Source of the DNA: Antedon mediterranea
Taxonomy: Eukaryota > Animalia > Echinodermata
Reading direction: 5' to 3'
Length of the DNA stretch: 64,000 bases
Assembly (NCBI RefSeq): GCF_964355755.1
Contig: NC_092674.1
Span: forward strand, 8,494,001-8,558,000
A program made the position numbers and the translations under genes. The notes below the pieces were generated by a model. The model did no database searches, was not told the DNA's origin, and was given only the letters and a program-made list of their open reading frames with translations. How positions within the stretch are numbered: position 1 is the stretch's first letter; every line of letters begins with the position of its first letter. This document shows, one piece after another, positions 1 through 11,018 of the stretch.

Positions 1-240
1 GATTGGTCAAATTGCTTGCGTTGCGCGTAAGTACATAGTTGGATGCGTTGCGCCCTATCTAGTGTGGACATAAGTGACTGCTTATTGAGCTTAACAGTTA
101 TTCTGCACATGTCCATATGGGTGCGTGTGCAGAATACCTTTTTTACTCGGTAGAGGCGCGTAGTCTAGTGACGAAACGAAAAGTTTATATAAAGCCTATA
201 ATTCGCGGCCCGGATTAACCAACATTTGTTTTCTTTGTAG

Positions 241-3200
241 ATAACGATGACAACGTGTTTGTAAGCAAAGAAATAGAAGCTGCAAATGACCAAGCTGACT
301 TGGCAGTTCTGTCTAGCCGACGCACGCGTAATGCCGGTGCACGTAAGTTTGTCAAATTATGTTCGTAATTACATCGTGATTTGACTATACGCAAAACCAA
401 AATCTATTCGCCGCAATAGACTATCCTTTTCATGATAATAAATAATAATACGTACCGGTAATATATAATAAAACAAATGGGCACTGTGATAGCTTCCGTT
501 TAGGATTACAGCAGCAAAATTATCAGTCGATTTTATGATTTTACCTAGGAACGTTAGGGATCATCTGCGTTGTTACCAAATTCATCACAATTTAGGTCTA
601 CCTCATTTTGTAATTTTCCGAGGAACGTTAGGGATCATCTTCGTTTGCTAACAAATGCATCACTATAGGCATATTAGGTCTATACCTCATTTTATGATTT
701 TTATTCCCGAGAGCTGTTAGGGATCAGAAATTCAGTGCTAGATGTACCTACCTCTATTTCTAGTAAAAGTCTTTATAAAACAACTGTCCAAACATATTAT
801 AACGGAAAAATGTTTTGTACTTCCTTTTGGTGTATTAATTCATTTCACATATTTTTTCAGGTCCTAGTAGCACACAGAAACCTTATAACAAAAACGCTCG
901 CTACGAACTGGAGATAGAGAAAGAGCAAGCAAAATACTGGCAGCGACGACGACAACGTTCAACGTCAGTAAGCGTTAGTGAAGATGACTCACCTCCAGCT
1001 AAACGTCCACCCGGACGCCCACCTAAGACGGACCGTGAGCGTAAACTTAGCACCAATAGTACAAAAAACACAAAAACGGCGCACATTTTAAGCGAAAAAA
1101 TTAAAATGAAGTACAAAGGATGTGGACGTGGAAAGTACCCGCGCGTGCGAAAGATTTCGTTAGATTCCAGGAAAAGCCGTGATGATGACGCCGCCGCCCC
1201 GATTAATCTCCATTTGAAGTTGAAGAATGAGTACGACGCGGAGACTATTACCGAAGAAATACCGATATCAGAACGAAGGAAGTCGTCGACGTCGTCCGCT
1301 GGAAAACGTTCCATGCGCTGCGTCGTCGATCCATGCAACCCACATAAAATGAAATTTGTGGCCATATCAGGTGGCAAGAAACATAAAATGAAAACTAAAC
1401 ACCTAGAAGACGACATGTGGAGTCAAGACGGTGTAGCAGCAGAACCAGACGAGGGCGGGGTAAATAATTGCTGTTTCTTATATGTTTTTATTTCTTTATT
1501 ATGTTGTATATACTGTATTGTACCTCCAAACACTACTAAGTCCAAGACGCATTCAGTGCGTTAGACAAAGTATAGATGGCCCACAGATGGTTGTTACCCT
1601 TGGAACAAATGCGTCTAATTCTAATTAAACTTGCGGCGACTACCGTACGCAGCTTTCTTGCCGAGAAGTCATTCTTCACTCGAGTTCATATTGAGCATGC
1701 GCATAATGAATGATAGACTCGTAGTCGCGTCGCGTCGTAAAAAAATAAGACGAACCATGTCCATATATGCACTTATATTTTTATAAAACCATACATTTAC
1801 CCATCGTTTGTTTTGTGTTTTAACCAGTAAATCAGCCTTTAAAAAAGTAATACTTTTAAAATCTTTTTTTAACATAGGAATTCGACGAAGAAAGTGACTT
1901 CATCAAATGTGAGACGGAATCGCTCGAGTTCGAGCGTCCTGAACCTCCGCCAGGTAAGATGAATAGGACTATAATATCGATAAATACTAAACAATTTTGG
2001 GGACCTAGTTGACATTGTTTTACCTGTGGTACCGAACATAAATGAAGTCTATTACTTATGTTAGGCCTACTTCTCGCCATGTCACATCCTTGAAGACTTA
2101 CCGCAGCCGTGCCATAAATAGTTACGTTGATAATTGACAAAGATTGTCCCATGAATAATAATATGGTGACAATTATTTTAAGATTTACAATAGAAAACGA
2201 AAGTGATGGGTAATTCCCTACCGATTATGTAGACATAGGTAGACCTATTTATTCGTCATGTGTCGATCATGTCTGTATATCGCGTCTTAAAATCCATCCA
2301 TTGGTGTGGTGTTATTCGAGGTAATATAGGCCTAGCAATGTTTACACAATTTACAGGAAAAACTAACGGTTTGAACTTTGCCATAATCATCGCATCCGGG
2401 TTATATGGTATCAATTGATACTGTATATGGGTTTACATTTCATGGACATGCTGTTTCTAATTTACGTAACACAGTCTAAAGTTTTCCGTATGTGTGGATT
2501 TTTTTTTTCCAGATTTCCGTAAAATCCTTGCAAATAAGAAGTTGGGTGAAACCATTTTACACAGAGCTGCAAGACTTGGCTATGACGTAAGTATAATTGT
2601 TTATTTAAAAACAAAAATTATGGACAAATTTAATCTATATAATATGTGACTACGTTCCATACATGTTTTCACAATGTCCCAGCGGCGCCCCGTACATAGC
2701 CTGTCTATTTTCAAGTCTACCGTGACAGCGCGTTTCCTTTCAATTTATCATCACGCTTATTGAATTGTCATTGTCAATCAAGTGTCATTGTAGCGGCCTA
2801 TATAATTATATTGTGACGATTGTTCCAAGTAGAAATGTTACTTTTTGTTGTTGACAACAAGACTTTTTGAATGGCTAACGACCTTTTTACAAGTGCCTTG
2901 CTGTAATCCGGGATGTCAGTATACGACTCATTTAAACGCAATTTACAAACTTTGTCTCTAGATTTTATCAATAATATAGAGTGTCGAAAAGACTTGAACT
3001 ATTAAAGATAGTTGTAAAACACGGACGTAGTCGCAACTCAGCGTGAAGCGACATATTATTTTTACTATAGGCCTACCATGGACCTCTATAGGCCTACCAT
3101 GGACCTCTATAGGCCTACCATGGACCTCTATCGGCCTACCATGGACCTCTATAGGCCTACCATGGACCTCTATAGGCCTACCATGGACCTCTAATTCCAT

Positions 3201-6200
3201 ATGCCTACTAAATTAATTTGTACTTCTCGAAATATTGAGCGCATAGAGACATCGTTTATTTGCGCTGTATAAATCTATCTATTATTATTGTTATACGTAA
3301 TGTTGAAAAAAATTGGAATCTCCTATTTCATCTTGTGACAAACATTGATCTTTTTTTATTACGCGGTAATATTTTGTATTGAGACTATAGAAACCATAAG
3401 ATAACATACATAACAATATAATTATGCAGTGCGATACGGCTGTAAATAGTACACCGTTGGATTCAATAACAACAACAGAATGGATTACATTATCATTAAA
3501 ATGCTTTGATAATGGAGACGTTAACAATAACAATAGAGAACAGCTCCAGGAAATGTATTGTATAATATGTACAGTTCATACAAATATTGTATATGTATGT
3601 AGGCCTACACTAATAAAACCAATAGAGATCTTAACTGCTGATTCGCATATCTGTACACGGCGCGCAGCCTACCCTCACACTTCCCAAATTGTAAGCCTAC
3701 GCCATTAAGAAATATGATGGTACTGCGTAAAAATTATTGAATGGAACTGATGTTCGACGAATGCATCGCTTTAGTATGGCGAGCCAATTGAAAATAAAAT
3801 TCTCTATATGGAACTGATGCTTGACCAATGTAATCCATCGCTTTTGTGTGGCAAGCTTATTGAAAAGGAAATAATCTCTAATTTCAAATATAAAATTTGG
3901 CCCGTCATATAGGCCTATACTATAATTAATAATATTGAATAGAATTGAATATTCGCATATCTGTACACAACGCCTCGTACCGTCAAAAAGCTGCTCGATG
4001 ACTATAGATCATCGCTTTAGTATGGCGAGCCTATTGAAATCTCTAATTCCATTATTATACAACTTGGCCCGCCATTTATACTGTACCGTAGCCTATGCTA
4101 TAATTAATTAGATAGAATTGAATACACGTTTTCTATCAGCTTGTGATTGATTTCCTCCTTGGTTGCGCTTATGTCATTGCGTTGCGTCCTAGTGGAAACC
4201 AAGCTTTACTTATACATGGTACCATAAGCATACGTAAACCCGTAGTTTTAATGTGCACAATATTATATTGTTGATTTTCACAACTTTACCAAATAATACA
4301 CGGTAACTTTTTATTTTAGGATGTGGCAATCTATTGCGTGGAGTATTGTATACTGGATATAAACGCAAAGGATAATGCTGGATACACGGCGCTACATGAA
4401 TGCTGCGTACACGGCCGCCTTAAGATTGCTCACACACTGTTAAGTTATGGCGCTGATGTAAACGCAGGCGCAGTAGATGGTACTAGGTATGTTTCATTGA
4501 ATTTTGATTTGTTTGTGTTTGTCAGGTTCTTTACATTGGTAAGTTTATGAAAAGTACCATTATTTTATCACAAACGAAACTTGGTTAATGGGAACTTGTA
4601 ATGGAAACCGCAAAAATAACACCATTTAGAATGTACGCCCACACACTTTATACAAAGGAGCATAGTGTCTGATACCCGTATATTTTGTAGGCGTCAAACG
4701 CCCTTCGAGTTGAATATATCAACAAAATTATATGAATTAAAGTTAACAAATTCCGGTCATAAAATTTAAGGATGGCTTGGAAGTCATAACCGCATGTGTC
4801 ACACGTTTTTATGAGTGTAGGTCACATTACTAGAGGCGTACTTGTAAATTTACGACACGGATTCACTTAAAATATCCGATATTCGAGCGTAAATTTGACT
4901 GTTTTTGAGAGGAGATAGAACGCCGCTCCACACTCTTCCATGAAGCTAACAACTAACAGCATTACGGCCGCCGCCGTCTGCGCATACAGTACTTATCGCG
5001 GTTGTAAAGCCTTTCCGTCGCTCCCGCTTACTACGCTAAATTCTGACGATCGTCGCAGAAGCTACAAATTCGAATGATTTATAGACATGCGCAAACGTGT
5101 CCTCTTATAAGGGTGTCCCCTGAATAGCACCCTAAATTAACAGTTACTAAACACAATTTCTTACAATTAGGAGTTGGTACTATTCTACTATACGGTGTTT
5201 TTCTTCTAACTTTTAATATAATTTCTGTTGTTACTTATATAAAACATGGCATAATATTTGTAATAATTGATTTATGATAGGCCCATTCACGATGCCGTTG
5301 ACAACGATCACGTGGAAGTTGTTCGTCTGCTACTGTCTTTTGGCGCCGACCCGCTTCTGGCAACTTACTCCGGACGAACGACGTTGAAATTAGCACGTAG
5401 CAAGGACGCCCGCACTCTGCTTTATGGTACGTTGCTCAACATTGTGAATATTATTTTAGGAGTAATTATACGAATAATATATCAACATTTTCAATTATTT
5501 ATTGGCTCACGGTTTTCTTAAACTTCTGCCTACAATTATTTGTATGTTTATTTATGCCTATGTTGCCTTGTTTCGTCATATAATGTGTTGTATTCTATAT
5601 AGGTTTTTTAACGGATATAAATGGATCATGGGAAATGGGAGAAGATGAGGAACCCTTGACAGATAAAGAACTAAGGTGGCAGTTTGGTGGTAGTTCTTCA
5701 CTATTCGGTACGTACCTATATCCCATAAGCACAACTCGCCCGTGTATTGCGCGATTTGTGCCTACTATCACGCGTCCGGCGGCCGTCGGTTTAATAGAAA
5801 GATGTTTATTTACACGTCCACTTATGACGTCATTTTGATAATGTTCGCATGCGGCAAATCATACTACGATTTACGCCGAAACGCCTAATATACGTAAAGC
5901 GTGGTTTCCACTAGAACGCAACGCAGCGACGTATCGACGCAAAGTGCTATATTGCGTAATCACAAGTGGGAACCGACGACGCAATAGTGCTGCAAACATC
6001 ACAGGTTTGATTTCACGCAGGCGGGGGCAAACACAATGATTGGAAGGGCATTTTCTGACGTTGCGTAGATTGCGTTACGTTGCATCGGTAGTGGGAACCA
6101 CGCTTTACGTTGCGTTGCGGTCTAGTGGGAACCACGCTTTACCGTTACCGCATTTAAAGGCCAACTGTTCATAAAGGGGGCGCTCTACTATTTTTCCTAT

Positions 6201-8209
6201 CCACTCAACAGATTAGATCTACAGTATTATTATTATTTTCACGCTGCTGCTCTAGCCCGCTACGTCACACGAGATGACTCATTCATTAAATGAAATCAAG
6301 CAGCAGTATAGTACTACACTTTGACATTTTTGTTAAAATGGAAACTCGACTATAATTTATAGGTACCACCTGTTGAATCCAAAAAACGGCTGGGAAAATA
6401 GTCTAATGACAAATCCCAAAGCATTTCTGGTATTTATGAGTCCCATGATATTACTATAATTCACTGTCAGATAATCATTGAATTATTATCAAAACAGTCC
6501 ATTGAAGTTTTTGTTTGTAATAGGATACTTGAAGTATCTAGGCTTGATAAAGTGACCCCCAGACTTGACCTTAGCAATAACAATAAGTGAGCAGCGTTTT
6601 TTGTAAGAAATATTCTTGTTTACCTTATAATGTACTTATTTACTATAGCAGTGTGCCCTGATATGAAAAACACGACAAATAAATGAATAAAGTAATTTAT
6701 GAACGTAAATAATTAATATAATAAGGACTATCCATATATACCGTAAAACCTCGAAAAGAAGCCCATGGGCTTCTTTTTTTAATGCTCTTGATGGGCTTCT
6801 TTTCGAGATGGGCTTCTTTTCGAGATGGACTTCTTTTCGAGAGTACTTTTGCAAACTGTAGAGGGGGGCTTCTTTTCGAAATGAATGCTGTAAATTTTGT
6901 GAATTTCTACTACAATAATGTGACTTTTGAGACATTTTTTCAACCATGAAATTATGTTTAATATACCAATTAAAAAACAATATAAAAAGCAAAAAAACAG
7001 TCCTATGATTCAAATACAATAATTTCGTCATCATCTCAATACAGGATGAGTAGTCTGTCTCGAAATGAAGCTCATACTATCTTGAAAAGAAGACCAGGAG
7101 GCTTCATTTCGAGATGGGCTTCTTTTCGAGAGTACTTTTGCAAACTGTAGAGGGGGTCTTCTTTTCGAGATGGGCTTCTTTTCGAGGTTTAAGCCCATGG
7201 GCTTCTTTTCGAGGTTTTACGGTATTACTACTAATTATATAACTTGGACGCACCTTTATCATCAAAGTGTGCCACTGTTGTAAAAGTGAAGTTTCTAATA
7301 AATTATTATTATCATTATATTAACTATTAATAATTTATTTCACAGATGACACAACCGATAGTTGTTATAACATATTTGAAGACATTCCAGGACCAGATAG
7401 TGATACAGAAGATGATTTTGAAATTGAGCTGAGTGATTCGCCACATTTAAATACGTTCAACCTCCAGGTGGATAAAACCAAAGGGTACGTTAAGTTTTTG
7501 TGTCACGCGTACACGTACATTTTGTGTCATGCACTAGAACACAACGCAACGTAACGCAGCGCGACGTATCGACGCAAAGTGATGCATTGCGTAATCGCAA
7601 GTGGGAACCGACGACGCACGCAGGTGGGGGCAAACACAATGATTGGAAGGGCATTTTCTTACGTTGCGTAGATTGCGTTACGTTGCGTCGCAAGTGAGAA
7701 CCAAGCCCTAGCAAAGCGCGCCGTGTGTAACCTCATGCTATGTGAAATACTGTATTTTATTGAACTTCCGATTTGCGAAGAACTAGTTGCGTCATGATAA
7801 TTCACTGTGCGCATGCGTCAACTTTTCGCAAGCAAAAATTCCTAGTCTCCAACCCCTTTGTCGTATCAGGGAATAAGAAAGTGTACTTTCCTAACGTCCG
7901 GGCGCTAAGATAGTTTTGAATATGCCTATTATTTATTTTACCAAACATTTTTCTCACAGGCCTCTCAACTGGTGCCTATTAGTAGATGTTTGTCAAACGG
8001 TCAGCATCCCTCGTGAACAATTCGAGACTGTTCATCCTACAATTGAGATAGTGTGCGTAGATGGAGAAGAACTTATACAATCAGTTTGTCATAGTCAGAT
8101 AATGACGTCATCTGTTGATCAAGTGAATGCAAAAGACCAAATTGAAATTGTTGAGTTAAATGACGACGTAAGGAAACTCCTTGATGTTGAGACTATGGGC
8201 ATAAAATAA
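241..8209 (+). CDS. BCOR: BCL-6 corepressor (BCOR/BCORL1) homolog, 5'-partial; ankyrin repeats plus C-terminal PUFD domain
   Basis: Phase-consistent exons 241-352, 861-1459, 1878-1953, 2513-2586, 4320-4486, 5281-5426, 5603-5707, 7346-7484, 7960-8209 (TAA). Translation includes [90 protein letters not shown] and [11 protein letters not shown], colinear with the ankyrin-PUFD region of vertebrate BCOR as I recall it. Confidence 0.93.
530..730. repeat. Diverged tandem repeat, about 3 copies of 65-90 bp, in a BCOR intron
   Basis: Recurrent GTTAGGGATCA and TAGGTCTA..CCTCATTTT motifs near 552, 626 and 716. Confidence 0.6.
3066..3193. repeat. 21-bp minisatellite x6 (TAGGCCTACCATGGACCTCTA)
   Basis: Six near-identical units read directly; they produce the spurious EVHGRPI-repeat ORF 2958-3200. 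Confidence 0.95.
3640..4125. repeat. Diverged local duplication in a BCOR intron
   Basis: ATTCGCATATCTGTACAC at about 3641 and 3950; CATCGCTTTAGTATGGCGAGCC at about 3764 and 4011; TAGAATTGAATA twice. Confidence 0.65.
5898..6138. mobile_element. MITE family B (PIF/Harbinger-like), copy with a duplicated right end
   Basis: TIR AGCGTGGTTTCCACTAG...TAGTGGGAACCACGCT with TWA flanks; the right TIR occurs twice (ending 6104 and 6138); same internal sequence as copies at 7531, 20195, 23177 and 36832. Confidence 0.85.
6741..7222. mobile_element. Tc1/mariner (pogo-like) MITE
   Basis: Perfect TIR of about 32 bp CCGTAAAACCTCGAAAAGAAGCCCATGGGCTT, TA on both flanks, internal ATGGGCTTCTTTTCGAG repeats. 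Confidence 0.88.
7531..7706. mobile_element. MITE family B copy, internally deleted
   Basis: GCAGCGACGTATCGACGCAAAGTG...AAGTGGGAACCGACGACGCA...GGAAGGGCATTTTCTTACGTTGCGTAG shared with the other B copies. Confidence 0.8.
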
Positions 8210-8704
8210 AAGGAATTACGACCCGGTTCAAGTTTACGTCAAGACGTGTGTAACCTTTGCGGCTCAGGGATCGTCTTGTAATCGTTATTTCATACATTCC
8301 AAAAAGATGCAAGGTTTTGATTTATTGAATATTTAATGTGGAATAATATTTTTGATTGGTGGATTTGTAATGATTTTAAGTAACAGCTAATTGATAGATG
8401 ATTCAAACAGTGGAACAGTGATGTTGTTTTAATTATTCGTTTACGGTATTGTATTACGGAACATCTACCCGATTCTCGGCAGTGTCGGAATACCGATAAA
8501 ACTGGAGAATCTTGTGAGACGAATTGATAGTCGATTGAATAAAGTAAAACATTGTTTAATGGGATTATGACGGATTAAGACATTACGGTACCAAATGACA
8601 TTAACCAAATTCCCGGCAGCGTCGGAATACCGATACAACTTCCGAAACTTATCAGACAAATGAAACAAAGAAAGTGAAACACTTACGTCTTATATTATTC
8701 GTAA

Positions 8705-8883
8705 AGCTTGGTTCCCACTAGAACGTAACGCAAGGACGTAAACGCAACGCAAGCGTTTTAACCAATGACAAGCGAAGTTATAGACAGTTAGCAATCACAA
8801 GCGAATAAGCCATCGCTTGTGATTGGTCAATTCATTTGCGTTGCGTTACGTCCTTGCGTTGCATCGCTAGTGGGAACCACGCT
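8705..8883. mobile_element. MITE family A (PIF/Harbinger-like), 179 bp, downstream of the BCOR stop
   Basis: TIR AGCTTGGTTCCCACTAG / CTAGTGGGAACCACGCT, TWA flanks; near-identical 179-bp copies at 50266-50444 and 63758-63936. Confidence 0.92.
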
Positions 8884-10642
8884 TTAAGCCCTGATCGTGC
8901 AATTTCCGAATATCAACATTAACCAAATTCCCGGCAGCGTCGGAATACCCATAAACTTCCGATTCTTATTCGCAGTAGGCCTACGTTTATTCACAGAGAA
9001 GGAAATAAATATATGGTCCGTAATTTTTTTTTAACGACTTTGAGCCATGGTCGAGCGTACGTCAATGATACGAATGCGTTTTGTAGCGGGAACATCTATG
9101 TTTACGCGTTGTGTTTACGTCAGCACATCACTGGTAACGCAAACACTTATTTCGTCTGAATTTTGCGTGTCTGAAAAATGACCACAAAACAAATAACTTG
9201 CTTCTGTATTTCAATACAGGGCCATATATATTTCACTGGTTCATACTAATCATTCTGGACGTATATGTGTACACGTCACGTAATGACTCGCATGTGGTGT
9301 TTTTATTTAACCCGGTTTTTATTTCTCTATATTCATAAAAATGAAAAATTGATAAACAGTTTTTTACGTATGTTATGTTTTACTTGATTTTTAGAATATG
9401 TTGATGTTGAGTTTATTGTTTATTTCAATATAAATTTGAAAATATGTTTTGTTCTTATTTAATGCAGTATTTTAGCCTAATCATATTTTAAAGTTCTGTT
9501 ATTACAACTCAGTTAGTTTTATAAAGGTTGCAGAATCGGTCTGAATGTACCGTACCTTTTCACTGTCCCATATTTTATTGGAACGTGTTTGCGTCCTATA
9601 TTTATTGGAACGCGTTTATGGTATGACGGACCTATAAGTCATGGCGGACATTTAGGCCTACTATTATCGCTTAGTGGAACATTACCTTGAATCTGGGACT
9701 GTACGTTTGTTGTGTACATTTTTTTGTTGTTGCCAAAGCGTTTAAAAGAAGTTGCGTTAGTGTTTGTATTTAAATGAAGAAAAGAAACGTTGAAATTTAT
9801 ATGCAGTTTTGTACAGTTAGTTTCGAATAAATTTATTTTCCTGAATATTATGTACTGTTGTAGGCCTCTGTGTTTTATTTTTATTTCAGAGTGTTTTGTT
9901 GTGGACAAGCGGCGTTTTATTTTGACGATCCCTCCCATCGGGGAAGAATTACACACTCTAACCTTCTCCCAAGCAAAGCTGTGACATTATTTTCGCTAGC
10001 GAGTAAGCATATGTGCAATTTCTCCTCGCGTGTTTGTGTTTTTGTAAATTTTCTTTTTTGTAGGCCTATATTTTTTATAGATTCTTGAATTTTGCACCTT
10101 TATATTTTATACAGTATTTGTAAATTTTTAGATTTTTGTCCTTTTGATGTGTACATTATCATGTTAATATTGTTTTAATTCAGCCTTGTGCTGCGATTAC
10201 GATATATTGAATAAATAAATAAATAATATATTATTAGGCCTAATGGGCCTACTTGTATGGCCTAATCGGGAGGTGCAATTTTTTTTTTATAAATAGGCCT
10301 TATTTTTAGCCTATTGAATCCATGGATCACGTTTGATAACGGGGTTAAGTAGCGTCGGGTCCGCAATATTTACATAAACTGTCTGTCTTTTTATCACATG
10401 AATACCCAGAGTTTAAACTCTTACGCGAGAGACCGACCGAACATACATTGCATTGATGAATTTTAAGTAGGCCCATACAATGACTAAATCCCGTCCAATT
10501 AAGGTATTTACAATTTGCCAATTGTCAAGTTGCGAAATAAAAAGAGCGTATTGTTGTAGTTGACAAGAAATGGGTCATTCGTTGACATACTTCGCAGACG
10601 TGAATGAGTAAGATTGCATGCTTCGGTTAAGTACAGTATAGC

Positions 10643-10662
10643 GTTTACAGTTGCTACGCAAC
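10643..10662 (+). promoter_or_regulatory. Adjacent forkhead motif (GTTTACA) and RFX X-box-like palindrome (GTTGCTACGCAAC)
   Basis: Motifs read directly about 360 bp upstream of the ATG at 11019; function is inferred from consensus similarity only. Confidence 0.5.
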
Positions 10663-11018
10663 AGGTTTTAACGCAGGTAATGTTCCGCGAGAACTATTTT
10701 TTCCATGTTTTTTGAACAATAAAAAAAACCTATTTGAACCCTGTTAAATTTAGAAAATTTTCTCGCTCAATTTATTAAAGTTGTTGATGAAATATTAATT
10801 ATATTCTTCGGTTTCTTTATAAATAATTTTAATCCAATACTTATCGCGTATTGTTTTTCTGCTAAATAAAAAAATTGTGAGGTCTTCTTCTTCTTATCGT
10901 GTATGATGGCGCTAGTAAAACATCAGCGAAAGTTTTTGTTTACTTTTTGTAACTTGTTGTGTGGATGGTGTGGTGGTCGTGTTGTGTGTGAAGAGATGAC
11001 ATTTCCACTTGTGAAATT

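Noticed and set aside
901-1416. 171-aa minus-strand ORF
   Set aside because: Antisense shadow of the BCOR exon 861-1459.
2958-3200. ORF of EVHGRPI repeats; possible CRISPR-like array
   Set aside because: A 21-bp head-to-tail minisatellite with no spacers, inside an intron.
6636-7034. 132-aa minus-strand ORF
   Set aside because: Mostly within a repetitive MITE; no transposase motifs.
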